A stretch of 64,000 bases of DNA from the human T2T-CHM13v2.0 reference genome, Homo sapiens. Positions 1 through 14,819 of this stretch are shown piece after piece. The number at the start of each line of letters is the position of its first letter. The first letter of the stretch is position 1. Under the pieces are notes generated by a model. The model was not told the origin of the DNA. It did no database searches and saw only the letters and a list, made by a program, of their open reading frames with translations. The stretch is from NCBI RefSeq assembly GCF_009914755.1, contig NC_060926.1, one strand, 5' to 3'. A program made the position numbers and the translations under genes.

Positions 1-213
1 GCACAGTATGATAAATAACTTGATTTGGTATCGGTTTATTTGTATTTAATTAGAAATTAGTATTGTCAAGCTCAGAAATGGGAATTTGATGGATATTTCT
101 ATATAGTAGCAACTTTCCACTTCTTTGAAGTGGAAAGGAATGTGATGCAATCAGAATCTAAGAGGCATTAGTCAGGCTGTAGGATGTTAGGAGAACACTA
201 AATCGAGTAGCTA

Positions 214-649
<436 letters not shown>

Positions 650-678
650 TTATCTAGGAGTTACTATCCCTGCTAGAG

Positions 679-888
679 CAGTGGCTCTAAACCAGGGGGA
701 GTTTTGCCTCCCAAAGACATATTTGGAAATATCTGAATACAACTGGCACAACTAGAAGAGGGTGAGCTACTCACACCTAGTGTGTAGAGCCCAGGCATGC
801 TGCTAAACATCCTACAACACACAGGGCAGCACTCCACAAAAATCTTATCCAGCCCCAAATGTCGATAATGTTGAAACTGACAAATGTA
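679..888 (+). mobile_element. MER20 (hAT-Charlie MITE)
   Basis: cagtggctctaaaccaggggg...gcatgctgctaaacatcctacaa...ccccaaatgtc matches recalled MER20. 8-bp TSD tgctagag at 671-678 and 889-896. Confidence 0.88.
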
Positions 889-1365
889 TGCTAGAGGGAG
901 CAGTCTTCCATGGTTTTCTTCTCCCTAGCCTTAGCTAGCACAGAACCAACAAAACAAAGTAAGTAGCTTACAACTTAGAGTAAAGGCTCAAATAAAAACA
1001 AAAGGGGGTACCATTCCCAGAATTTTTAAATTGGAAATCAGCGCTTCTCAGAATGTATTAAAAAGAAACAAAGTTTCTGCAGACTCTGGTAATAAAGGCT
1101 GCAAATAGATGTTGAGCACATGTAAGGGATAATTATAATTGTCTAAAAAGAATAAAGTACTTGTTATGTAAAAGTGACATCCCATGACAAACAAGTGTGA
1201 AGTAAGAACTACAGGAAAGATAAATCCGCAGAATTTAACAATGTAGGAAGAAGACACAAGACCAGCCAGATCATCATTAATTTTTTATGAGGAGGGAACT
1301 GAGAGTACATACTGCAGTTTGTTGTATTTTATGCTTATGTTCTCATAGACTTCCAAGGTTAGTAT

Positions 1366-1888
1366 TGTAGAAGATTAAAGATAGTTGCAAATTGTTTGAC
1401 TCTCCTTTGTTGAAGAGGTGGGCTCCATATCACCTTCACTTGAAATTGGGAGGCCTTTGTGATTGCTTAACCAGTAGAATAGAGTTTCTGGGCCCAGGCC
1501 TAATGAGACTTATAGCTTTCACTTGCTATCTTTTGGAGGACTCTTTCTGAGACCCCAGGATGTCTCTGAAAAAAATCTAATTTACTCTGAAAATTCCATG
1601 CTATAAAAGTCACATGTAGGTACTCTGGTCAATAGCACCAGATGAGTCCAACCTTCCATCCATCCCCACCAAAGTTGCAGACATGTAAGTAAAGCTGTCT
1701 TGGACATTCCAGACCATCCTATCTGCCCACTGATACACCACAGAGTGACCTCTGTAAACACCACATCAAAACAAATGGCCAGCTGAGTCCTGAATAAATT
1801 CCTGATTTAAAAAAGTGAGATATAATAAAATATTTGTTGTTTTAAGCCATTAAGTTTTGAGGTATTTATTATGTAGTAATACATACAC
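1366..1888 (+). mobile_element. MLT1-family MaLR solo LTR
   Basis: Typical MLT1 3' end ttttaagccattaagttttgaggtatttattatgtagtaata, preceded by aataaa. Internal cagacatgtaagtaaagc and ccagctgag motifs. Confidence 0.75.
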
Positions 1889-3744
1889 AAAAAAATCCTG
1901 TTATTGTACTTATGAAATAGCATTTTAAAGAACTCCTCTCTAGGTATTGATATATATGTAGATATAAAAATTGAATGGTCTCTGCCTGACCATGACAGAT
2001 TCTTATGCTGAAAAGAAAACAGCAGATAAACATCCCACTTTATAGATTGTTTATTTCAACTGAAGTGAGCTTTAAGATTGCAGAATTATAGCACGGCTTG
2101 TGGCAAAAGGGATGGCTTTCAACTTAGAGATAAGGCTGATAAAACAGAATTAAGTTCCCACCAGGTATGGAAACACTGCCAGCTTAAATCAACTTGGTTT
2201 AGAATTCGTTGCCTCTTATGCGGACTAATCGGGACGCTTGTTAATTACAAAGATATCCTTTATTATTGTTCTTCAGAACTCTGTCTTTCCTACTTGGAAA
2301 CTTTGCCAGATCCTGATTTGTTTATCTTTTACCTTGACCAAAAAAACCCACAAAAAATCAAGACAAATAAAAAAACCTATCTTTTAATGCTCTCCACTGC
2401 TTGTGATTTGTCCAAAAAATAATAAGTTGTTTCTCTAGCTTGTTAGAACTGATGGGGAAAGATTGTACTCCAGGAGGTCAAGAGAGAGAGGAAGCCAATG
2501 CTAGATCATGGGCGGTGAGGGACCAGTTCAGCCAGAGAGGGAGAATTGTGAGACCAACTGGGAATCATAGTTCTTTCCTGCTTAGGCATGTCATTTGCCA
2601 TAACCTCATGCCTACGATATATTCTGGTTTTATCTACTAGAGATGTCCAAAATAAGTTTATTCAGAATTACATTCTCTCTGAGTTTTCTTCAGAAAAAAC
2701 ATTCTTATGTCCTGGAATTATTCTTCATATTCAAGTTTTCCCCTTCCAGAAAAATATTCTTTTTCAAGTATGAGGCCCATAATTGAACAGACCAGTACAT
2801 AGCAGAGCAGGATTGTCAACTTCACATTCTTGATCATGATGCATCTTTCAGTGAAGTGAAATATAGTTTGGGCCTTTTATGTAATGGGCACACCGTTAAT
2901 GGTTAATAAACAATAACAAAAGCTACCTTATACCTCTATACTATTTGTTATATCTTACCTAGTCAGATATGCAGGAACCTAAAAGAATATCTGAATAAGT
3001 GAGTCATTTGTTCTGAGCAACATTTCTGGAGGCCAAGTATCAGATAGAAAGGGGTCATTAGATCAAACTCCAACCCTAGATACTCAGCTCTAGGGACGAT
3101 ATCTAACTACTACAAGCAGGAGGGTAGTTCTTTAAGCTTCTGATCCATGACAACGAGTGGGTCAAAAGATATAAAACGAATAATTTGAAAACAAATAGAA
3201 TTAAGGTTCATGGATGTCCTAATTAGGCATGTCTAGTGGTAAGCATATTTTTATTTATTTAATGTAGGTATAATTTTTTAGAAATGGAAATGGATGGATG
3301 AATTGGTCAGCTTTAGTGAAATGTGAACTGTATAAATGCAAGCAAGTCAGTATCCAGACAGAATGAGAACCTCTTGCCTTAACACAATGGGCAGCTGGTA
3401 GTAAAATAAAATCTTGTTTATCTTGCCAAGGTTTGGGCTGTTAGACAGAGGGGAAAAAGAAAAATATACCTTTATCATCAGTGTGTATGTGTGTGTAAAG
3501 GCAATAAAAAATCCTGTTGCCACTGCCTTCACTCTAAGGTCAAACATGAAAGAAAATTTTTAAATGAAACTGTAAGTTAACCTGGCTAAGAGTGGATGAT
3601 TAGCAGTGGATGATTCAAAGGCCCCAAAGGCTATTTAACCAGTAGGGAGTCACAGAAGACCGGTTCCTGCATGGACATGTGTGCACACACACATTAACTG
3701 TTGGGTCTTCTTGCAATAGAAAATTCAAGGGTTCCATCATCATT

Positions 3745-4100
3745 ATTTTAGTCCATTTGTGCTGCTATAAGAAAATACCTCAGACTGGATAATATATAAA
3801 GGACAGAAATTTATTTTCTTACGTATTTGGAGGCTGGGAGTCCAAGATTATAGTACTGTCAGGTTCAGTTGTCTGGTAAGGGCTTCATTCTCTAGAGGGT
3901 GGAAATGCTATGTCCTCATCTGATGGAAGGCAGAAGGGCAAGTTAGGCAAACTGCATAAAGCTGCTTTTAAAAGGGTCATAATCCCATTCACAAGGGAGA
4001 AGCCCTCATGGCCTAATCACTTCTTAAAAGGCCCCACCTTTTAATGCTGTCACATTTCACAACACCTGAGTTTTGGATGGGCCACATTCAAACCACAGCA
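3745..4100 (-). mobile_element. MST/MLT1A-type MaLR solo LTR
   Basis: ttagtccatttgtgctgctataagaaaatacctcagactgg...aaatttatt...ggaggctgggagtccaagat...cacattcaaaccacagca. Confidence 0.82.
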
Positions 4101-5174
4101 ATCAAGAATGCATATGCTCTTATACGAAAGGATTTGCTTGCGTAATTATATTCTTTATAAAATCTTACCTCATCTACAGAGTATTGTATTCTGTAAACCT
4201 AACACACTAATATTGCTAAGAAAATAAAGAATAAAGATGTTTATCTTTTTTGATAGTCTTCATCATATGTTTATAGCTTCTAATCAAAAGGGTAGGTTTC
4301 TATCAAATGAATAACACATCCGTGGACTGACAACAGGCATGTTAGCACAGAAAACACTAATGAGTAGGCTTTTTGATTTTGTGGACCGGCTGTAAGTTAT
4401 GTATATAAAAGTTGTAGGATTGGTGGCTTAACTACATAGTAAAACTAAAACTTTAAGTGCATGTTAAGGCTTTCAGTGTAAACAAATGTATCCAATAAGA
4501 CCACCATTCCCTGAAACATTTTGTGAAATATATTCATAAAATATTGTAGACTCTATGGAACAGCCTCAAGATACAGCAACTCTTTGGGTGTGTCACAAAC
4601 AAAGTCTTTGGTACTTATTTGAGTAAATATGATGGATTATCAAACTGAGTTGTGATGCTTGGGGACAAAAACATAGGATGCAGATACTGAAGAGGAATTT
4701 TCAACATGACTATTTACCTAATTCTAAAGGCAGTTCAAAGAGAGATGTTCAAAATATTTAAACAATGGTAACATTATTTGTGTAGGGCATGCTTTGATGG
4801 AGTAACAATTTATATGGTTACATTCTGATTTTTTCAAAAATTCTCGTTATTTCTGAGTAGTCTCTTAATGTGCTCCAGTTATAATAGCCAAAGCCTAATC
4901 CATACATCTCTATTTTTAAAAAATTGTAGTGCCAGATGGCACAGATGACTAGGAACAAGCAGCATTTTAATTCATTAGACATGCATTAGAGAAAATATAT
5001 ACTCAGTGAATAAACCATTGCATTATCAGGCTTGATGCCAGCTTATGGATCTTTGCATCATGTAGAGTGTGGTACAATTATTTTCACGTTCTGTTACCTG
5101 TAACGTTACTTTATCCTTTTATTTCATTAAATAACAAATCTCTTAAGGTCTATATCTTCTGTAATTTTCCAACT

Positions 5175-5290
5175 TCATTCATTCAGGTCAATAAAATTTT
5201 ATAGAACAAGTGCTATCTACCAGGCACTGTTCTGTTCCCCAGAGATATAGCAGTGAGATAAATAGACAAGATTCTGCCCTTAAGAGATAA
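5175..5290 (-). mobile_element. L2 3'-end fragment
   Basis: cattcattca...ccaggcactgttct...gatatagcagtgagataaatagacaag. Confidence 0.6.
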
Positions 5291-6752
5291 AATGTTACTG
5301 ATTGCTTATTAGATTAAATATTAAGAAGATTCATATGAAGTGGTGTAATGTAAGTTTTCATTTAGCTGCATGTGATGTACACTTTCTCCTCCACAATGTA
5401 AAGGGTGATGTTTATTTTGCAAACCTCTCTCACAACCCATTGCCTTCCAAGAAAAGCACAGTCATGTCTTTTTTTTTTAACATGAAATGAAGATATAGAT
5501 AATTCTGAGGACAGGTTGCAATAACACCTGCTATAAGCAAATGAACAACACAATGTCATATCATGAAAAGGGCAGTAAAAGAAATAAACATTGTTATTAA
5601 AGAGAATAATGGTGGGTGGTAACTATTTATTGCTCTGTATAAAATTTCACAGGAATGTAGAATTCCTGCACCTCGTTCTGGTAGTATCATCCTATCAGAA
5701 ATTGGTTCTCAGCAGTGGTATTGATGGGAGGTTGTTGGTTTTGTGTGTGCATGTGTGTGTGTGTGATTTCTCTTCAAAGGCTTGTAATATGTTACTAAAA
5801 AAACTCATTAATTTCTTTCAATGCATTTTAATAACTTTTAATAAGCTTTATTAACTTCTGATTGACATTCTTCAAATGAATCTACTCTATTCATGTATTT
5901 ATCTAAACTGTATATGAATTTATTTTTCTTTCCATTCTCTAAAAGATTCTGTGATCTATGAAACCAACTGACCCTGAATCTTCCAGTCTCTAGGAACGTT
6001 CTTTCTTTAATATTAAAAAAAAAAAATAACTGTACTCAATCCTCCATCTGACTTCAGGGAATTGAGTCTCTTTTTCAAATTTTTTCATAATATCCAGGGC
6101 ATCTTACACTCCTGGTTGTCATCTTCCGTTCATACTCTGAGGTCCGGCTTCTAGGGTATTTTTATTCATTTTCTGTCATCTTTTTACCAGGTCTCCAAAT
6201 GGAACCTGTTCTAGAATTCATTGCTCTGTGTCTTCAAAAATGAAATCCTTTTTAAATTCCTAAAGGAACAGATAATTTTGCTGAGTAATAAACCTTTACT
6301 AGATACTTGAGAGGAAAATGAAGGGAAAATACAGAATAGGACAGTTCTACATCTGACATCATTTGTCTTAAATTCCATCAGCCTCATCCTGTCACTTTTC
6401 TAATGCCCTGCCTTTCTGGGGCTCCCTTTCTCAAAACTTACCAAAACTCCTTAATGTCTTTGCTTTTTATAATATATAAGGTTTCCTTAAGGCAGATCTT
6501 TTTATTCTGTCTTCAAAACACCAAGGACCATTTCATTTTAAGTCAGTCTCTTCATTTTTTTTTTAATGCAGAACAGTTTAGCTCCCTTTGTGTTCCTTGA
6601 TCCATGTTTTCAATATTTTCCTCAATCAAGGAGCAGTTTCCTTCTTGGTGTGAATTCTGTAGTTCTTTAGAATGTGAAAGCAGCAGCAGTTAATTACCTT
6701 CATTGTTTTAAATGGTGACTTTCTGCTATATGCTCAGTAAGGCTCTACTCAC

Positions 6753-6920
6753 CTGTAGGTATTTTTCTTCTAATGCTTCACGCTTGGAACAAAGACGAGG
6801 ATAAGCAGAAAGTAAGCTGGAACATCTAGTAGTCACTGGGAACAGAAAGTGCTTGACAGGAAGAAAAGGGCAATTACAGATCAAGTTCAGATCAAGGAAC
6901 TTCTGTCCTGGGGCCGCTGA
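6753..6920 (-). other. Candidate internal exon (168 nt, phase 0/0) of an unidentified minus-strand transcript
   Basis: Minus-strand acceptor cctccaccttcattttccag| and donor CAG|GTGAGT. Open for 56 codons (SAAPGQKF...EEKYLQ). No homology recognised. Confidence 0.35.
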
Positions 6921-7704
6921 CTGGAAAATGAAGGTGGAGGTGGTAGATACATTTGAGAAAGTACAATATTGAGACAGAAACATGTAAAAAACAAAATAAC
7001 AAAAAAAAGAAACAGGCAAGCTTTGGGCAAATGAAGTTTACAGGATCTATGTAAAGCATGCCTCAGCGTACAGTAGGTACACCCCAAGAAATGACAGCCA
7101 TGAGGCTGTTGAAAAAAAACATATCCAATAAATCTGTTTTTAAATGGGTCAGTAGATAGCTGTACCTCTATAGGGACTTTCAGCAAATATTAACAGTCCC
7201 AATAGACATTACACTAATCCTTGGGTAGTTTAGAATCAAGACTATCTCCAAGCCTGCTAGTTATTTGAGTGTGAGCGAATGAGAGATCCAGCCTCTCAAT
7301 GATCCCAGTGAGAAGAGGAGCTGATTGCAGAGGGCAGGATCAACCAGCTGGGAAGGGGCTAGGAAAAGGGCAAGGGCTGATTTCAGTAAACAAACTTCCT
7401 GTGATTTCCTTTCCAGCTGGAGGCACCTCATTGTTGCAGGCTACATTTATTCAGGTCACTCCATGTCTCCTTGTTTATTTATTCTACCTACAATAGACTA
7501 TCAAGCTAGAACAACTAGCCAATTCTTCAAAATGAACATTTTAAGACATCAAAGAATATTTCATTGTGTACACAATTAAAACAAAGTAACAATATGGGAT
7601 CTGTTAAGCAAAAAATAATGGGCTCGTGAACTTTTTTTTTAATCTTGAAATTTTCTGTGGAGCCTGATTTCCCCAGTTTTTAGGTCTATGACTATTGCAA
7701 ACAA

Positions 7705-7860
7705 TTCCTTAAAACCTCAGTTTCCTCATCTGTAAAATGAGAATAGCAGCAGTATCTAACTCAGAAGTTTCTTGTTGAAAATAAATGAGATAACAGGAAT
7801 AAACATGCAGTCAGCTCAGTGCTGATATGTAGTTTGAAGTCAATAAATATTGCCTATTAT
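7705..7860 (+). mobile_element. MIR
   Basis: Core cctcagtttcctcatctgtaaaatgagaata and 3' end caataaatattg. Confidence 0.85.
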
Positions 7861-8954
7861 TTTATCATCATTTTATCATATCACTTTTACGATGTTCATT
7901 TAATTTAACTAGACTTCCTTAGTCTTTCCCAGTGAACTCCTAGAAATTATAATTCATTCTGCAATGACACTAAGGACTCTAAATTAAACAGAGTAATAAA
8001 ATATTCACCATAAATGAAACTATCCTTGTAAAACTCAAGAATATTAGGAAACCATGAAAGTGGATTTTATGCAGTAGGAAATACACAGATTTAAACTGAA
8101 TAAGAGTTTTCAAATGAAACTCCAAGGGCAAATGTGGTTTTATTTGAGAGAAGGAACTGAGAAAAATAATTAAATAATAATCCAATAATAAAACTGGGCC
8201 AGTAAGAAGAAAACAAGAGTATGTGAGGTTCCAGGAGGCTGGTATTAAAATTGACATCTTTTAATCATGTTCGTATGCCTTAAGATTACACCTAGCATCA
8301 TTTAGTAAGCCAAGTCATCTTTATTTCTTTGCAGTAGTAACATCTTTAATAGTATTACTTACTAAAAGTGTTATATCATTTTTAACAATTTTTCTCAAAC
8401 AACAAATATGAGAGGTAAAAAGTCTGATTTTGCACCAAAGGAAACAGAAGCGGAGGAGGACAAGTGGCATAGGCTGCTTCATGGAGCTTGAGAGAAGCAA
8501 AAATCTCAAGCTCCAAGCCTGGGACATTATTAGCCCATGTTTTAGTCCTATAAGTCATGGTCTCTGCCTCTCTGAGTGATGATCATTTGAACTACACCAA
8601 AAGGGCTGTAATTCAGGCAGGTTGTCCAAATGTTCTTGCTTCAAAGGCCCAAGGGACAAAAGGAAAATAATTTTTCTGAAATTGATATATATCACACATC
8701 AAGGCTTCTTATCATTGTCTAATCATTTACAAGCTCTCATTTTTCTAGGGTTGGTAATTTTAGCTGGAGGAATCCCAGACAGTCAGTCATAAGAGAAAAT
8801 GTGTTATAAATACCTAGAAGCGCTGGCCTTAAGAGCAGGCAAATGTAGCTAATGGTTTGAGTTGAAGGCAGAAACTTCCAAAACCAAACAACAAAAAATT
8901 ACACAACAACCAACCAGAGCAACCAACATTTACCATTAGAAATCCATGTGTTTG

Positions 8955-9110
8955 TGTTATACTGAGTGCCAACCATAAGCCAAATACTCATCTAGCCTTT
9001 TTGCATATATTATTTTACTTAACACTCATGTTCCTCTAAAGAAAATATTTTAATTCCATTTTATATATGGAGAACACAAGGCATGGAGAGTTTATTTGGC
9101 TTATGGGGGC
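8955..9110 (-). mobile_element. MIR fragment
   Basis: actgagtgccaaccataagcca...ccattttatatatggagaacacaaggcatggagag. Confidence 0.55.
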
Positions 9111-9684
9111 TATAAAAGCCTCCCAAAATTGAAATGCCTAAGGAAGGTATTAATCTGCAGCTATTCCTTATCTATTCCCACATATCTTCCCAAGGTTCAA
9201 AGACTGGTGTGTTCCAGGCAGAAAAAGGTATAAAGAAATTACTACGTAAAGACTTCATTATATTGTTACACTATTTTATTCAGGTCTTTGCATATTAAAA
9301 TAGTAAATTAAAATTGTTATATTTTATTACTATATTTTTTATCATTCGTGTAAAGACTTCCATGTTTGTGCTCCTGGTAGAAAGGAAGCCAAGCATTGCT
9401 GGAAGAATGAGGTTGTTACCAGCACTAATGACCAACTTGTCCCCATACAGGAAACTAGAATTGTGAGGAGAATCCTATTCAGTCAAGAGAGTGGACTGAG
9501 CCTCTTTAAAGCTGGACTTTGAGGAGTTCAGATGACCAGGTATACACTCCCTCCTGGTCAGTTAAAAGTTATACTCACCACTTTATCCTGATGTAATTTC
9601 TTGAACCCACAGTGTCAGACACTGTTTTAGAGACCGGTAATGTTATTCTCTTATTTGATATTCTTAAGAATTGCAACTACTTTA

Positions 9685-10400
9685 TGAGTTAGCCTAATGC
9701 AGGTAACACTGAGGCAGGAAAAGACCCCAGAGTTAGTGACATACAACAGCAAAGGTTGATTTTTGCTCATGCTGTAGATCTAATGCAGATCAGCTGTGGC
9801 TCTGCTGTGCATTGCCTTTGTCCTGAAATCTAGACTAAAAGGGCACTTTTGAATACAAAATTGCAAAGGAAAAAGAGACCCAGAAAACTATTCGCTCTTA
9901 AAACTTGTCAGACATGACACGTGTTACTCCTGCCCACATTTCACTGACCAAATAAGTTAGATAGTCACTTCTAAGTTCAGTAGGGTGGAAAAATATAATC
10001 CTCCTGCAGGGAAGGACAGGGTAGAAAAATGGAATATATGGCTAGCAGAAATGCAATCTGCAATGCACTATTTAGCCACCAAATATTTAGTTCCCTCTCT
10101 CACCCATAGGCAGAACATACCTCCTTCCCTGAGGAGGCAACTCAAAAGTCCTATTCAGTAATTGTTCTTAGCTTAAAAGTCAGGCTTTTCGGTGATGCAA
10201 ATTTTTTTCACCATAGGCCTGTATGTTGCTCCTCCGGTGAACTATAAGATGTTATCTTTCCTCACATACTCAATATGCAATTGTGGAACAGAAAGCAAAA
10301 ATAACTGCAATAAAATCTCCCATGAGGAAATATAAAAAATATAAGGCACATAGAAGTCACTGGTTCATAGAAATCTTACAGTACTACTGGAAAGATATTA
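9685..10400 (-). mobile_element. Old MLT1-type MaLR LTR, probably with internal sequence
   Basis: ttagtgacatacaacagcaaaggttgatttttgctcatgct and cacatttcactgaccaaa...agtcac resemble old MLT1 LTRs. Boundaries approximate. Confidence 0.5.
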
Positions 10401-12239
10401 TAGGTGACTTCCAACATGGAGATGAGGAAGCTTCTTGATTAGATCCTGATGCCATATTTTCATGTTTTATTTTGTTAACAGCAGCCTCAAACTTCTCATA
10501 CAAATTAGTCAGTAGCACAGGCTGGTTTGCCCCCCTCTGGTAATAAATTTCTTCAAAAGCTCCAAAGATGGCTTATAATACTAGGATGGAACGACAAGTA
10601 TTTGCAAAGTACGATTATGATAAACCACAACTACAGTACAGTATGTATGGTTATCATGATCATTTAATGGCTGAGAACATGGTAACTCCAAGCAGTCAAT
10701 TTCCTCATTCAAGGCTAGATACCCAGAACCAGGATTCCAACTCAAGTTGACCTAACTCCAAAATCTATGTACATTTCACTATGTAATGCTTCAACTACAT
10801 GGAGAGGGTATTTTAACAATGTTATTTGTAATTATCTAGATTTATGTTATTCCTTCTTTTTCTTCTAGTTTTTGGTGATGTGTTGTTTGAATTATTCAGC
10901 CTTACCTTCGTTATTAGTTATCCATTATTGGCCTAGAGCCTTAAAGAAAGTACTGCATCCTCACCAAAGGGAGGAAGTTGGAAGTGCTGATCAGTGAGAT
11001 ACCACAAGGGTAAAATCTGGGAAACTTTCACATTTAAAGATCAACTACCCCTCCCCACCACTAGATTCCCATTTTAGCTTTAGAGATCTGTGAGTTTATT
11101 TCCACTTTGGAAGGCTGTGGTATTGCCAGGAAGGCATCAAAGAGAAACTTATTCTCTGTCTCAATTTTATCAAAGGCCAGCTCTGATACTCACTCAAAGG
11201 TTTTTTGTACTTTCATCTACTCCCCAATAACAAAGGCTCTCTTTTGACCAATTTAATCTTTAACAGAATATTATATTACTATTCAAATGGAACTCTAGCC
11301 AAGCCTAATTTGTCTATGGCAAACAAATGGCAAAGTTGGATAAAGACAGCCTGGGCTGTCCCTGTTTGTCAGCGAGGTTGTTTTCAAATAGCAACTGGAG
11401 TAAATGCTTTAGCTGCAGCTTACACAGAAGCCGATGCCAGCATGTGGTGCGAGGGAAATGAAGCCAGCTTTCAGGAGATTGTTCCAATGGCTGGAGTCCA
11501 TCCCCTGTTCACAGCTCACTCCCCTCAGCCTGATGTTCTCATAGAACTTTACACTTGCTTCTCACTTTGACAGTATTTTCAAATCTAGAAACACTTTCAA
11601 ATCATTGTTTTGGTTGGAAAAAGGAATGTGTCCCTAGTGGACCAAATTTTGGGGGGAACAGGGACAAGTCAGAAACAAACTACTCCTGAGCTCCACATGG
11701 ACAATTCACTCATGGGATTAGGACAAAAATTTTAGTTGCAGCAAGTCAGATCTCAGGTGAGGACTCCCTCCAAGATTAGTGCTGCTGGGTGTGCTTGTGC
11801 CTAACAGAGAAAGCTGATTAGATGCTCTTGTTTCTTGATGCTTTGCTTGTTTTTAAAAATATTCATATAAACACCAGGCCTAGGGCAATAAGTCTCTCCT
11901 ATGAAAATGTTTCAGTGCTATGAGATGAAATTTGTATTCTTGTGGCTTGTTCCAATCCTCTGTACTGGAAAATTATTTGCCAAAGATGAGCTCACTGTAT
12001 GCCTTTGAGGAAAAAAAAAAAAAAAAAAAACTCTTGTCCTAAGAAGAAAACATAAATTGATGCCAGGACAAAGGAAACTTGTAACCAGAAAACTTGTAAT
12101 ATGATTGAGAAAACAAACACAAAAATTTAGAAATACATCTACAAGAGACAACGGGAAAGAAAATTGTGAAACCAAAAAGTCATGTCCATTTTAAATTCCA
12201 TAAATGCAAGAGCTATGACAATTCATTCATCAGGATTTC

Positions 12240-12295
12240 GCACAAGACTTGGCACATAGTAGGTGATCATGAAATATTTGTTGAAAAATGAATGA
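12240..12295 (+). mobile_element. L2 3'-end fragment
   Basis: cttggcacatagtaggtgatcatgaaatatttgttgaaaaatgaatga. Confidence 0.6.
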
Positions 12296-12392
12296 TTGCT
12301 AAAGAAGCCAAGCAATAGAATAAAGAGCACATATTTTTCATTAAGCCAGTGTTCTTTAGAGAGGTGGTTCTTAAAAGAATAAGAGAGGTTTA

Positions 12393-12712
<320 letters not shown>

Positions 12713-14351
12713 AATAAGAGAGGCTTAATAGTGGATAGAATGAAAAAGAGAACATTCTAGACAGAAAATTGGAATTTGGAACTTGTAAATGTTCGGAGGA
12801 TGAAAATGTTCACAGGAAACACAAAAGATAATCTAGCTGGAGTTCAAAGGATGAAGTCCAAGCTCCCTTGCTTGATCAATATTATTCCTAATGCCAATGG
12901 ACGCCAGCTGAGTCTGGTCCTGCAGGAATGGAGTCAGCCAGTGTGAGAGTTCCACAGGGCTGAGGCTGGAGGGGCAAGGTCTATCCAGAGCTCTGGGTGA
13001 TGCCAAATTCAAAAAGGGGTGAGGATGTCAAAGCAGAGTAAAGGAACAAAGATCATCAGCCTAGGTCCAGTCAGGTCATCAAACAAGGGAGGGTCTACCT
13101 CTGGTGAGCACCAGAATACATGGGGACCAGAAGGGAGATGAGTGAGAAACAGGGACAGTGGTGCTGAGCTAATACTTCACCCACTTTCCTGGGTTCTCTC
13201 CTGCATGGTGGCAAGGAGAGCTGTCTGAATCTAGGCAGACCAACATGGAGCAGGTATCTTTCTTCCAGTCCTGCCCCACATTTGTTTCTGTAGGTTTTCC
13301 AAGTAGAAATCTCTCCACATACTGGAATTTTCTTGAGGCTTAAGTCAGAAAACCATAACCATTCTTTCATCCCTACTGCCCTCAATGAAACCAAATTCTG
13401 TAACTAACCATAGTGCCTACATTCTACTTGTATTTTCCTTCTCATCTCAGATCACTGAGACAGGACATGAAGGTGTGGGGAGGTAGTCTGAGTCTTGGCA
13501 GACCGGGCCCAGGAGAGAACAGTGAAAGGTGCATTAGATGGTTGGTGGTGGGGGAGAAGTATGTTTGCATTAAAAGCTACAAGGTTAAAATACCTGCATT
13601 AAGTCACAGATCCCAGATTGCATTCCTTTTGTTTTCCTCACTGTTGAATAGTAGTGGTGTTAAGGAAGTGTTGTCATATGGCCTGCTTAATGTTCAGAGT
13701 GCAGAGCGTGCATTATATTCTTGTTTTGTGTGCATTGGGGTGTGTCCTCAGTGTCCAATTTGGTGTCCCATCACTTCTTCAAACCTCTGTTAGATGCAGG
13801 GAAAATAAAATTTAGTGAATTCATCTCACAGCCCCAGGCCACACTGCAGAAATGGGCCCCAAATGCTACCTTGCTCCACTCAAGTTGCTGTGTGAGGAGA
13901 TAAACCTGAAAAAGGTACTCTAACTTATTCCTTGGGAAATTCGTGATTCTGGGTTATCCCTCTCAGATGAAAACTCAATTGCAAAAGGCAGCACGCCCTA
14001 AAGCTGTCCTTTCCCCACAAAATATAAGAAAAATAACATGACACTTCCACATGAGCCTGGCTTTCATTGATGACAACAAATGCAGCAAGAAGCTGGCGTC
14101 TGGGGCAGCACCCAGCAAGTATGCAGGAGAGGGTAGGCAGCAGTGACGGAGGTGAGGTCTTCACTCAGGCCTTGACTTTTGCCTGGGTAGCATAGATCAC
14201 TGCTAGCCTCATCCGAGTGAACTGAGAACATAATCACTAATGCTCATTTCATGATTAATGTACTTGAGCAGAACATTTCTTAGATACTAAGGTTAATACC
14301 AATTCAACTAAGCTTAGGGAGGGGATGCAGCTGGACTAGAAAGTCTGAATA

Positions 14352-14527
14352 AGTAGTTACCTATCTCTTACATCAAAATCACCTGTGTCTGCAAAACCAC
14401 ACGGGTTCCTGACCACTCCCAAAAGACTTCTGGTTTGGTCTGGGGCAGAACCAGGAATCTACATTTTTAACAAGCACCACAGGCTTTTCTGATGCAGTTA
14501 GCGTAATCTCAAGATTGAGCAACACTG
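14352..14527. mobile_element. MER5A-family hAT MITE
   Basis: catcaaaatcacctg...ggtctgggg...ccaggaatctacatttttaacaagcacc...ttctgatgca...aacactg. Confidence 0.7.
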
Positions 14528-14819
14528 ATCACGGATATGAAAAATGATGCTACTTTCTACCTGCGATGAACTGAAATGGTAGAACTTGGAGATGTCATCA
14601 GGAAGCCATAGTGGATCATCAAACAGGAGGAGGACAAATGGTGTGAATTAAAGTTCAAAGCAAGTGATTGGAAATTATTTGGAGGCAGTCACAAGACAAT
14701 AGATGGAGCAGGTAAGCAGGCCCTTGAGGCCAGGGCTGGTGTCTCTAGTGGCTGGCTATCGCTCACTTTGGCTGACTTCGCTTGGCTAAATGTGCTGGGT
14801 AGGCTGGTTGTGTTTAAAG

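Noticed and set aside
12003-12030. A20 run as the tail of a processed pseudogene, or as a minus-strand acceptor
   Set aside because: No TSD, polyA signal or recognisable upstream body. The nearest donor would give only a 7-nt exon.
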